Part shown: positions 20,453 to 28,237 of the stretch, piece after piece
Layout: each line of letters opens with the position of its first letter
Numbering within the stretch: the first letter of the stretch is position 1
Assembly: GCA_039916065.1 (NCBI GenBank)
Contig: JBDSME010000652.1
Coordinates: 1-37,606 of the forward strand
DNA from: Polyangia bacterium
GTDB lineage: Bacteria > Myxococcota_A > Polyangia > Fen-1088
DNA: 37,606 nucleotides
Direction: 5' to 3'
Translations under genes and position numbers: made by a program
Notes under the pieces: model-generated
What the model saw: the letters and a program-made list of their open reading frames with translations, nothing else
What the model was told of the DNA's origin: nothing
Databases searched by the model: none

Positions 20453-21709
20453 TCAATGCAGGACAAGCCAGGTGGTGGTGGCCACGATGGCCAGCAAGCC
20501 CAGCGTGATGGCCACCACTGCAAGACCGATGGCCAACTTTCGGCGGTCATAGCTGCCGGCCGCGCGTTGCAAGCTGGTCAGCTCACGGTCGCGTTCCTCG
20601 ATGGTGTTTGCCAGGCGTGCGACCTGCGCGTACCCGGGCACCAGCGAAGGGCGGGGTAGCCCCATGCGGTGGGCGGTGCGGCCGAGCTCGACCGTGAGCT
20701 CGCGGGTGGTTTGCTCGGCCTCGGCCCGGTCTCGCGCGTGGGCAGATAGACAGGCTGCCATCTCCAGAGCGGCCTGGCGGCGGGATGCGGTGGCGTGGTC
20801 GAATTTGGACTGCGCGGCCGTGGTGGATGCGCGCAGGGCCGCCGCGCGTTCGCGCAAAGATTGATATCGCTCGTCTATGAGCGTGCGCTGCTCCCCCAGC
20901 ACCGCGGCCCGGGCGGTGGCCCCCGTGGTGCCGCCGGCGGCGCCGACGCTGTCCCGCTGTGTGTTTGGTGCGCTTCCGTGATGGAGCTCGTTGTCGACCT
21001 CGCGCCGCTGGTCCTCGAGGTTGCGCAGGGATCGGTCCAGCTCCAGTGCGCCGTGCTCGCAGGCCTTCCACTCGGTCTCGGCGCGCGACTGTTCCAGACC
21101 GAGGCGCAGGTCCTGCGAGGCCTGCAGATTCTCCGCCGCCCTGGCGTCGCTGATCGCGGCCTCTCGCCGCTGCCGCGCTTGCGCGATGTGTTCGGTCAGC
21201 TCCGCCAGCTCCGTCGGCGTATCCCCCTCGGTGAGGACGATCTGTCCCAGCCCAAACAGCACACTTTCCACCAGGCGCTGGGCGCCGTCGCGCTCGCTCA
21301 TCAACTGACGCCTCCGCGTCTCGGCGTCCAGGCGCCCCCGGGCGTAGGTGAAAACGTACCGCACGGACTCCCAGGCGTGGCGCGGCGGGCCGAAGCGATC
21401 GGAGGGAGTAGGCTCACCGCCGGCTGACCGATCGGGGGAGGCGCCGTCGCGAACGCGACGCTTGACCGCCACCGTCCTTGCCAGGGCCGTCTCCCCCGTC
21501 CGGTCTGCGGATGGCCGGTCGCCGCCGTCGTTAGCGTCATGGCCCCGGCCCAGGCCCACCTCGGCGGACCGAGCCCCCTGCGGCTGGCCAGGATCCTCGC
21601 GCCCAGCATCCCCGCGTCCTCCGGGCGCGTCCCCCAGGCGCCGGCCGCAACTGAAGCAGTATTTCAGGTGATCTGCGTTGTGATGGCCGCAGCGCCCGCA
21701 CGCCCGCAT
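20453..21709 (-). CDS. Zinc-ribbon / coiled-coil protein with C-terminal membrane anchor
   Basis: Start ATG 21709: MRACGRCGHHNADHLKYCFSCGRRL (CxxC-x10-CxxC); long helical region; C-terminal TM LAIGLAVVAITLGLLAIVATTTWLVLH. The longer ORF start (22015) overlaps the next gene. Confidence 0.75.
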   Translation of the reverse strand: MRACGRCGHHNADHLKYCFSCGRRLGDAPGGRGDAGREDPGQPQGARSAEVGLGRGHDANDGGDRPSADRTGETALARTVAVKRRVRDGASPDRSAGGEPTPSDRFGPPRHAWESVRYVFTYARGRLDAETRRRQLMSERDGAQRLVESVLFGLGQIVLTEGDTPTELAELTEHIAQARQRREAAISDARAAENLQASQDLRLGLEQSRAETEWKACEHGALELDRSLRNLEDQRREVDNELHHGSAPNTQRDSVGAAGGTTGATARAAVLGEQRTLIDERYQSLRERAAALRASTTAAQSKFDHATASRRQAALEMAACLSAHARDRAEAEQTTRELTVELGRTAHRMGLPRPSLVPGYAQVARLANTIEERDRELTSLQRAAGSYDRRKLAIGLAVVAITLGLLAIVATTTWLVLH

Positions 21710-21803
21710 GTGACAGGGACTGTAGCAGGGCCACTCACGGCCGTGACCAGCGCAGGCAGACAAGCACCTCGTACCGGGAGCGAATTCGTGGTACCGAATG
21801 CTC

Positions 21804-22289
21804 ATGAACGGTGCCGCCAAATCCAGCTGCCAGACCATCGAGAACGCGCTGAAGAAGAGCTCCGCGTTTCGTAAAATCGACGACGGCCTGTACGTGGTCA
21901 AGCAGGGCTCGTCCCTGGTGATGATCAGCGTCTTGCCCTGGAATTCCGACCGGGCCGTGGTGAGGTGCGTGGCCCAGCTGGTCAAGGGTGTATCCATGGA
22001 GATGCCGCTGGCCATGCAGTTGCTGGAGATGAATGCGCTGCTCCGCTTCGGAGCCTTCGCCTACGTTCCCGTGGGCGAGGTGGTCATTTTCTCCCACACG
22101 TTGCTTGGTGGTCCCACCATGACCGCCGAGGAGCTGACCGCCACCGTTCGTGACGTCGCCATCATCGCCGACGAGTACGACGATCGCATCGCCGCCCGCT
22201 ACGGTGGTCAGACCATGGAGGAGTTGCTCGAGGAAAGTGTGGTGGAGCACTTGCGCGGCGACACCGTCCTGGATCACTTCAAGCCCTGA
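21804..22289 (+). CDS. YbjN / type III secretion chaperone-like (CesT fold) protein
   Basis: YVVKQGSSLVMISV, LAMQLLEMNALLRFGAFA, VIFSHTLLG, ELTATVRDVAIIADEYDDRIAARYGG; size and pattern fit this fold. Start 21804 or 21798. Confidence 0.75.
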   Translation: MNGAAKSSCQTIENALKKSSAFRKIDDGLYVVKQGSSLVMISVLPWNSDRAVVRCVAQLVKGVSMEMPLAMQLLEMNALLRFGAFAYVPVGEVVIFSHTLLGGPTMTAEELTATVRDVAIIADEYDDRIAARYGGQTMEELLEESVVEHLRGDTVLDHFKP

Positions 22290-22330
22290 CCAGTGATGCC
22301 GTCGCCGGCTGTAGGCGACGCACTGAACGC

Positions 22331-22363
22331 AAAAAGCCGGAACCCCGAGGGGCACCGGCTTTC
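22331..22363 (-). terminator. Intrinsic terminator, possibly bidirectional
   Basis: Minus strand GAAAGCCGGtgCCCCtcGGGGttCCGGCTTTTT, a GC stem followed by a U-run, between convergent genes. Confidence 0.75.
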
Positions 22364-22433
22364 GGCGATCGTGACGAGCGGATTCTCGGCTGGACGATTG
22401 CTAGCAGCCCGTCCGAGTTTCACTCGGCCGGTC

Positions 22434-23114
22434 CTAGGGCATGGCGCAGGTCCACATGCCGCTGGCTCCGCACGTGCAAGTCATGTTGAAACGTCTGCAA
22501 GGCGCGGTGCCCGAGGTGCAGGTGCCACCGTTCATGACGTTCACGGGGCAGGGTCCTGCTGCAGAGCCCCCGGCGCCCATGCCGCCGGATCGACCGCCCA
22601 TGCCACCGGATCGACCACCCATGCCACCGGATCGACCGCCCATGCCACCGGATCGACCGCCCATGCCGCCGGGGCGACCAGCCATGCCGCCGGGGCGACC
22701 AGCCATGCCGCCCGGGCGACCGCCCGTGCCGCCGGAGCGACCACCCATGCCGCCGGGGCGACCACCCATGCCGCCGGGGCGACCACCCTCCGCCGATCCA
22801 CCCGTTCCGCCGATCATGGAACCGCCGGTGCCGGTAACCACAGCGCCGCCGGTGCCGGTGTCGCCGCTGGTACCAGGGGCACCACCGCTGGCAGTGCCGA
22901 AACTACCACCGGTGGCAGTTCCAAACGCTCCGCCTGTCGAGGAATGGAAGCCGCCGGTTCCAGAGTGGCCGCCGGTGGTGGCGCCTCCGGCGTCGGGACT
23001 AGCGGCGTCGTCTTCGTTGCCGCCGCAGCCTTGCAGGCCTACGGCCAACAGCGCTGTGGCGCCACAGAGCGCCAGCAACAATGAAGAAACTTTCAGGGGT
23101 TTTGACCGGGTCAT
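22434..23114 (-). CDS. Gly-rich lipoprotein with heptapeptide repeats and a 6-Cys C-terminal microdomain
   Basis: GGAGG RBS; lipobox LQGC; (G/A)GR(P/S)GG(M/T) x10; CPVNVMNGGTCTSGTAPCRRFNMTCTCGASGMWTC. Confidence 0.85.
   Translation of the reverse strand: MTRSKPLKVSSLLLALCGATALLAVGLQGCGGNEDDAASPDAGGATTGGHSGTGGFHSSTGGAFGTATGGSFGTASGGAPGTSGDTGTGGAVVTGTGGSMIGGTGGSAEGGRPGGMGGRPGGMGGRSGGTGGRPGGMAGRPGGMAGRPGGMGGRSGGMGGRSGGMGGRSGGMGGRSGGMGAGGSAAGPCPVNVMNGGTCTSGTAPCRRFNMTCTCGASGMWTCAMP
22577..22786. repeat. 21-bp tandem repeat x10 (coding)
   Basis: Consensus CCATGCCGCCGGrkCGACCrC; ten consecutive units counted. Confidence 0.95.
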
Positions 23115-23255
23115 GGGGTGTCCTCCGCGGGTAGATGTGAGAGCCGCCTGATTGGTGAGCCGCCCCCCCGCCCCACTTCAAAAAGAATCGCGCCAGGGAG
23201 GTTGGCCACACGAAGATGCTGCAGTGCGCTCAAGCCGGCGGTCGGCTGTCCGCGC

Positions 23256-24383
23256 CTAAAAAAGGCAGGCCAGGACCTGGACCTGCGGTTCGGGCGTGCG
23301 CTGTAGAACGCGGCACGCATTGCCATTCACCCGGATCTTCAGCACCGGTCCAGGGACGACCTCCCAACCGTCGGGCCCGCCCCGCATCTCTTCGTGCTCG
23401 TTCAGGAAGAGCCGGATGGTCGATGGATCCACGGTGGGCATTAGATTGATTACACACGAAGGGATCGCCGCCGTGTTCACGATGTCGCGGACGACTTCGT
23501 TGAGCTGCGGTGGATCGTTCGCGAGACGCAGGAGCTGATCCCCTTCCAGCGCCAGGTCGGCCAGGCAGCTCGATGTCGCGGCCTCCTGTCCCAGGCCGAC
23601 CACGAAGGTGGTGACCACCCCGATGTTTCGAAGCTCGGCACGGGCCACCTTCGCCGCCTCGCACATTTGAGTTGGGTCGGAGCTGGAGCAACTAGGATCG
23701 CCGTCGACGAACAGGACGAGCTGGTGGTCGGCCCGGTCGCTGGCGGCGAACAGGGAAAGCGCGGCGTGTAGCGCGGCACCTATGGGCCGGGAGTCACTCG
23801 GCGTGGCGCAGCCTTTCATGAAAGAAGGCTGCTCGCACCGAAGCTGTCCCTGGATGGCACCCCCGGTGGTCGAATCTGGCGGTATGAAGGCGCCTGAGCA
23901 GCAGCCCAGGCCGGCGCCGCAGGGACGGGTGCCGGGAAAATCCTGGTAGCCGAAGTTCACGGCGTTGAAATTGTCCGCGATCGCCAACTCCAACGCTCGC
24001 TGAACAGCGCTCAACCGGGTCGCGCCGTTGTTGCCGAACGGCCTGGTCATGGAGCTGTTCTTGCCCACCGAAAACACCATGCGCGTCTTCTGCAGCGGGA
24101 GCTTCACCAAGGTCTGGCAGCCGTGCTGTCCTGTTCGACCGCCGCCGCCGGTCGTTCCGCCGGTGCTTCCCCCTCCTCCCCCTCCCCCCCCTTGCCCTTG
24201 CCCTTGCCCTGACGAGGCGTCGCGGCCGATGTCCGAACCACCGGATCCGGAGGTGTTGGCATCCGCGATCGCGCCGGCATCCACACCGCCCGCCGCGGGG
24301 AGCCACAACTTCTCTGTGCAATCGATGCTTGCCACGACGAGCAGAGCGAAGAGCCAGGCCGGGACTATGGCGGGACGGCGCAT
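23256..24383 (-). CDS. von Willebrand factor A-like domain protein, probable lipoprotein
   Basis: Start ATG 24383 MRRPAIVPAWLFALLVVASIDC; Gly linker; MVFSVGKNSSM, TRLSAVQRAL, VNFGYQDFP, PIGAAL, LVLFVDGDPSC, TFVVGLG. Confidence 0.72.
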   Translation of the reverse strand: MRRPAIVPAWLFALLVVASIDCTEKLWLPAAGGVDAGAIADANTSGSGGSDIGRDASSGQGQGQGGGGGGGGSTGGTTGGGGRTGQHGCQTLVKLPLQKTRMVFSVGKNSSMTRPFGNNGATRLSAVQRALELAIADNFNAVNFGYQDFPGTRPCGAGLGCCSGAFIPPDSTTGGAIQGQLRCEQPSFMKGCATPSDSRPIGAALHAALSLFAASDRADHQLVLFVDGDPSCSSSDPTQMCEAAKVARAELRNIGVVTTFVVGLGQEAATSSCLADLALEGDQLLRLANDPPQLNEVVRDIVNTAAIPSCVINLMPTVDPSTIRLFLNEHEEMRGGPDGWEVVPGPVLKIRVNGNACRVLQRTPEPQVQVLACLF

Positions 24384-24421
24384 CGCCTCATTGCCATCAT
24401 CATGGCGCGCGGCACCGCTGG

Positions 24422-26179
24422 CTACCGCACGCCCGGTGAGTGTTGGCTCCCGTCGGCGCCGCTGATCAACCGCTGGGCCTCGCCGCGAAAGCCGCCAGCG
24501 GGAAAGGCCGTCAGATATGACTGCAGGGCCGCCACTCCGGCGCCTCGATCGGCGCGCAACAGGCAAACGGCCCGATAGTAAGACGAGCTGTCGGAGACTT
24601 CTCGACGAACGTGACTCCTGCCCAATGCCACGTCGTAAGCCACCACCGCATCCTCGCAAGCACCTCGCTCGCGCAGCAGGTCCCCGGCCAGACGGGCAAC
24701 CTCGGCGCAACGCTCGCTGTCCGGGTACCGGCGCATAAAATCGGTGGCTTCCGCGACCGCCGCAGTCTTGTCACCCAGGGCCACCAGCGTCTCGATCACC
24801 GAAATATCGGTTTCAACCCGCAGCAGGCCCCGCGGATGTTGCGCGCGATAGAGTCGCCAGGCGGATACCGCCTCGCGCGGCTGATGCAGGTTATCCCGCA
24901 ACAGGCGCGCGATCTCGTATTCAGCGTTCTCGCCAGCCGCGCCGCCCTGCTCGGCCAGGGCGCGATAGAGGCCCAGAGCGCGGCGCGAATCGCCGGCGGC
25001 GCGGGCGGAGCGTGCCTGCACGGCCAGCGGCGTGGTGTTCACCGGGGCGGCGGCTGGTGGCGGCGGCGCGATCGCTGGCGGTAGATCAACCGCCGGCACT
25101 ACCACCGTCATCCGCGGTGCGGCAGCGTCGTTCGCCGGCACCGGCGCGGCAGGGAATTCTTTGCCGGCGGACGACGCGGAGGAGAAACCGGCGGAGCCCG
25201 CGACCTCACCGGGGCTGGACAGCGCCAGGACCTCACGCGCGTCACGAGCCGCCCCGGCGGCTCGCGCCCCTGAACCCCGACGCGACGATGAATTGCCAGA
25301 TCGGGTGAGGGCCAGCGCGCTCCTCCTGGCCGGTCCAGGGGCTGGGGTTGGCTCGACGGTGGCGGTGGTGTTCCCGTCCCGTGGGCGCGGCGTCGGCGGG
25401 CCGGGCTGGCTGACCCACGATTCACCCGCCTGCACGCGCGCGAGGCGGTGATCAGTCCATATCTCCACCACGCCTTCCTCCACGTCGACGGCGGCCTCGG
25501 CCTGGTTGAGGCGCACCCGGAAGCGGGTGCCCACCACCACCACGCGATAGCTTCCGGCAATCACCGCGAACGTTTGTCCAGCCGGCTGATGGGGCACCTG
25601 AAACTGCACCTCGCCAGATGAGACGGCAGGCCGATCGTCCTCATCCAGCACCAGCGCGGACTCGGAGGTCACCGTGACTTTGGTGCCGCCGCGCAGGGTG
25701 AGATGCAAGGTCTCACCAAGACCCGTGCGAACCGTGGCGGGCGCGACCAGGGTGGAACCCTGAGCGGCGGTGGCCGCGGCCGCACCAGGCGCGGAAGATG
25801 TCGCGTGGACGGGGACGGGGCCCCGCTCCACACGAAATTCGGACGTGGTCCCGACCATCAGCATGAACGTCAACGTCGCCGTCGCACCGGCCAGGGAGGC
25901 CGCGACCACCCACGCCCACCGTCCACGCCGGACGCGGCGCTCGTCGAAAAATTTGTCGTGCGAATTGCCATGAGCTTGGTGCCGGTCGCTTGCACCTTCG
26001 CGTTCGGAGGACGGAACCAGATTCGGGATTTCGGACAAGCGCCCCCAGACCCGGCGCAAGGCGACCTCGTCGGCTGCACGCTTCGCCCCCTGATCCAGCG
26101 CCTGGCGCAGCTCCACCTCAGCCGGCGTGCCGGGATTTCCCAGCCAGCGGTTCTTCCCGATCCCCGGCAATTTTCTCAT
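24422..26179 (-). CDS. FecR-domain anti-sigma factor with C-terminal TPR region
   Basis: Single TM WAWVVAASLAGATATLTFMLMVG; FecR-like GEVQFQVPHQPAGQTFAVIAGSYRVVVVGTRFRV...VDVEEGVVEI; Pro/Ala linker; TPR-like helices (YRAQHPRGLLR, FMRRYPDS, YLTAFPAG). ATGA overlap with the sigma gene stop. Confidence 0.88.
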   Translation of the reverse strand: MRKLPGIGKNRWLGNPGTPAEVELRQALDQGAKRAADEVALRRVWGRLSEIPNLVPSSEREGASDRHQAHGNSHDKFFDERRVRRGRWAWVVAASLAGATATLTFMLMVGTTSEFRVERGPVPVHATSSAPGAAAATAAQGSTLVAPATVRTGLGETLHLTLRGGTKVTVTSESALVLDEDDRPAVSSGEVQFQVPHQPAGQTFAVIAGSYRVVVVGTRFRVRLNQAEAAVDVEEGVVEIWTDHRLARVQAGESWVSQPGPPTPRPRDGNTTATVEPTPAPGPARRSALALTRSGNSSSRRGSGARAAGAARDAREVLALSSPGEVAGSAGFSSASSAGKEFPAAPVPANDAAAPRMTVVVPAVDLPPAIAPPPPAAAPVNTTPLAVQARSARAAGDSRRALGLYRALAEQGGAAGENAEYEIARLLRDNLHQPREAVSAWRLYRAQHPRGLLRVETDISVIETLVALGDKTAAVAEATDFMRRYPDSERCAEVARLAGDLLRERGACEDAVVAYDVALGRSHVRREVSDSSSYYRAVCLLRADRGAGVAALQSYLTAFPAGGFRGEAQRLISGADGSQHSPGVR

Positions 26180-26880
26180 GTCCCCGCCCCATCGCCAGGT
26201 TCGGGCTGCGCTGGCGCCGCGGACGAGGCCGCCCGTACTTCCCGAACTTCCCGAACTTCCCGAACTTCCCGAAATCCCCTCGAGTTGCGTGAGGTCGAGC
26301 CGCCGCGACGCTTGACCTCACGCTCCGCCATCTTCGTCAGGTCCAGCCGGGCGTGGTGAAGCCGCGACCAGACTGTGTTGGTTGGACAATCGGCTATACG
26401 CGCGATCTCCTCGACCGACACGCCTTCCAGTTCGTAAAGCACCAGCACCAGGCGCTTCTTGGGATGAAGGCGATCGAGCATCCGGTCGAGCATCAGGGTG
26501 CGGGTGGTCTCATGGGACGGATCGGTCGGCGGCGGCGTGGGATCCCTGAGCATGACCGTGGCGAGCGCATTGCGGAGGCGTCGCTTCTGAATCAGCTTGC
26601 CCGTGGTCCGCGCGGTGATCCGGTAGATCCAGGTCGATAGCTGCGACTCGCCGCGGAAGCCGGGCAGGCTGCGATAAACGGCCAGGAACACGTCCTGGCA
26701 GACATCTTCCCTCTCCGGATCGCGGATGCCCAGCCCCGAGAGAAATCGATACACCAGCGCGGCATGCCGTTCGTACAGGGAACGCCAGGCGGAGCGATCG
26801 CCGGCACAACAACGCGCGACCAGTTCGGCATCGGCGGTGCGCGTGGGGGCGGACGTTCGGCTTAGGCCAGGTGTGTGCAA
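26176..26880 (-). CDS. ECF RNA polymerase sigma factor
   Basis: DAELVARCCAGDRSAWRSLYERH, EDVCQDVFLAVYRSLPGFRGESQLSTWIYRI (region 2); LDRLHPKKRLVLVLYELEGVSVEEIARIADCPTNTVWSRLHHAR (region 4). Start uncertain; TTG 26880 assumed. Confidence 0.92.
   Translation of the reverse strand: MHTPGLSRTSAPTRTADAELVARCCAGDRSAWRSLYERHAALVYRFLSGLGIRDPEREDVCQDVFLAVYRSLPGFRGESQLSTWIYRITARTTGKLIQKRRLRNALATVMLRDPTPPPTDPSHETTRTLMLDRMLDRLHPKKRLVLVLYELEGVSVEEIARIADCPTNTVWSRLHHARLDLTKMAEREVKRRGGSTSRNSRGFREVREVREVREVRAASSAAPAQPEPGDGAGT
26237..26272. repeat. Perfect 9-bp tandem repeat x4 (ACTTCCCGA), encoding REV x4 in the sigma C-terminal tail
   Basis: Read directly at 26237, 26246, 26255 and 26264. Confidence 0.95.
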
Positions 26881-26932
26881 TGGATAAGGACCCCGATGGC
26901 TTCCAGTTATATGTGTGAAGGACGGGACCTTT

Positions 26933-28012
26933 TCATTGAAAAACCACCGCGGTGTCGAGGCCGAATGACGCGTACGCCCGCGGAGTGGCCAGGGGCAATG
27001 AGCTGGGGTCACCTCGAATGCCCGTGTCGTAACGCTTCGCCACGCCAATTCGTATTCCTGGGCGCAAGAAGAACACCCCGGCGAGCCGCAAACGATATCC
27101 GATCCCCGCTTCCACCACCGGGCCAAATCGAACGATGGACGCGGCCGGCGCCCGATCGCCGGCGGTCGAGGACAACAGGATCACGTCGGCGCCCGTTTGA
27201 ATGACCGGCTCCACGAACCCCGGTCCCGCCGGCAGCGCCACCAGGGCCCCCACCCGAAGTGGAAAGCGGCGCAGCGTCGCCGAACGCGTGGCGTCTCGAG
27301 AAGAAGGCGCAATATCGTGAGCAACGCCGCCAGGAAGGTCGGTGGTGATGCCTGGCGCCGCTCCCACGTTTACCAGGATAGCCAGGCGCGGAAAGCCGCG
27401 GGTCAGCTCGACCTGCCCGCCGACCCGAACCTCCAGTCCATCCTGCTGCGGCCCTCCACCGGTGGTGGTTCGCCAGGACAGACCGGCGCTCACCGAGATG
27501 GCGCGCCGGCGTTGCGTCATCGTGGAATCAACCGGCGGCCCAGGGGGCGGCGGTGAGCGGACGCTCTCGGCGACCGCTGGCTCCTGCGACGACGCCGGGG
27601 GATCGTCCGAGGCGTCGTACGTGATGGTGGCCAGGTAGCGTTCCACAATCGCCGCCACGGTGTCGGCCAGGGCCAGGCACTCCGTCGCCAGCTTGCTGCG
27701 CGCGGGGGCGGGCAAGGTGCGACGAAGCTGCGTGTCGCCGCGCGCGTCCACCAATGAAAAACGGATCACCGTTCCATCCGCCGCCACGTCGAGCACCGAC
27801 CGAAGCACATCGCCGCGGGACGCAGCGCCGCTCTGGACCGAGTCGCTCGGCGTCAGGGCGGGGTTCGTCAGCAAGGTGGGGAAGCGCACCTCCATTGCCT
27901 CGGCCACTTGACGCGCGGAGGGGCACCCTGCGTCGGGCGCGGTGGGCGGAGCGACCATCACGGAAAAGACCGCAGCGACCGCCAAAACCGGAGGAATTGC
28001 GAAAAAAATCAC
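26933..28012 (-). CDS. Hypothetical exported protein with N-terminal Cys-pair domain and C-terminal beta-barrel-like region
   Basis: Hydrophobic N-terminus from GTG 28012; GCPSARQV...LRRTLP...ECLALADTVAAIVERYL; Pro-rich linker; amphipathic strands (LEVRVGGQVEL, VEAGIGYRL, ASFGLDTAVVFQ). Confidence 0.65.
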   Translation of the reverse strand: MIFFAIPPVLAVAAVFSVMVAPPTAPDAGCPSARQVAEAMEVRFPTLLTNPALTPSDSVQSGAASRGDVLRSVLDVAADGTVIRFSLVDARGDTQLRRTLPAPARSKLATECLALADTVAAIVERYLATITYDASDDPPASSQEPAVAESVRSPPPPGPPVDSTMTQRRRAISVSAGLSWRTTTGGGPQQDGLEVRVGGQVELTRGFPRLAILVNVGAAPGITTDLPGGVAHDIAPSSRDATRSATLRRFPLRVGALVALPAGPGFVEPVIQTGADVILLSSTAGDRAPAASIVRFGPVVEAGIGYRLRLAGVFFLRPGIRIGVAKRYDTGIRGDPSSLPLATPRAYASFGLDTAVVFQ

Positions 28013-28028
28013 GCGTCGGTCCGATGAA

Positions 28029-28070
28029 CCCTCTCCCGCTTGCGCCGCTTGCGGGAGAGGGAGTGGAGGG
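28029..28070. repeat. REP-like palindrome CCCTCTCCCGC-N11-GCGGGAGAGGG
   Basis: Perfect 11-bp inverted repeat (28029-28039 / 28051-28061) with a purine-rich tail GAGTGGAGGG. Confidence 0.65.
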
Positions 28071-28237
28071 ACTGAGTGAGGGCCGGCCTTGCGAGCGGCA
28101 TGGCGCAAATTTGCGAAATAATAGCGGGCCCTTATCAATCGTCCGGCCCGAGGTCCGAGGCCCGTTTCCGTAAGCTCTCAAGGGTAGGCCGCGTCTGCTG
28201 GGGACGCAACGATCGAGCGTTACTGCCGACGCCCCCG

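Noticed and set aside
21804-22289. Type III secretion system locus
   Set aside because: Only a stand-alone chaperone-fold gene; no injectisome genes nearby.
22577-22786. Possible CRISPR array
   Set aside because: Units are contiguous with no unique spacers, lie in a coding frame, and no cas genes are present.
22441-23151. Pro/Met-rich plus-strand ORF (PPMPPDR repeats) and the Ala/Thr/His-rich ORF 22293-23084
   Set aside because: Reverse-strand readings of the 21-bp repeat; the minus-strand gene has the RBS, lipobox and terminator.
26881-27126. Long N-terminal extensions in the ORF track for the sigma factor (also porin 8409, vWA 24710, zinc-ribbon 22015, pdxT 36021)
   Set aside because: They overlap neighbouring genes and precede the recognisable domain or signal peptide; shorter starts were used.
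28139-28237. Riboswitch or ncRNA in the intergenic region
   Set aside because: Only short GC hairpins; I could not match a known riboswitch consensus by eye. An Infernal/Rfam scan would settle it.
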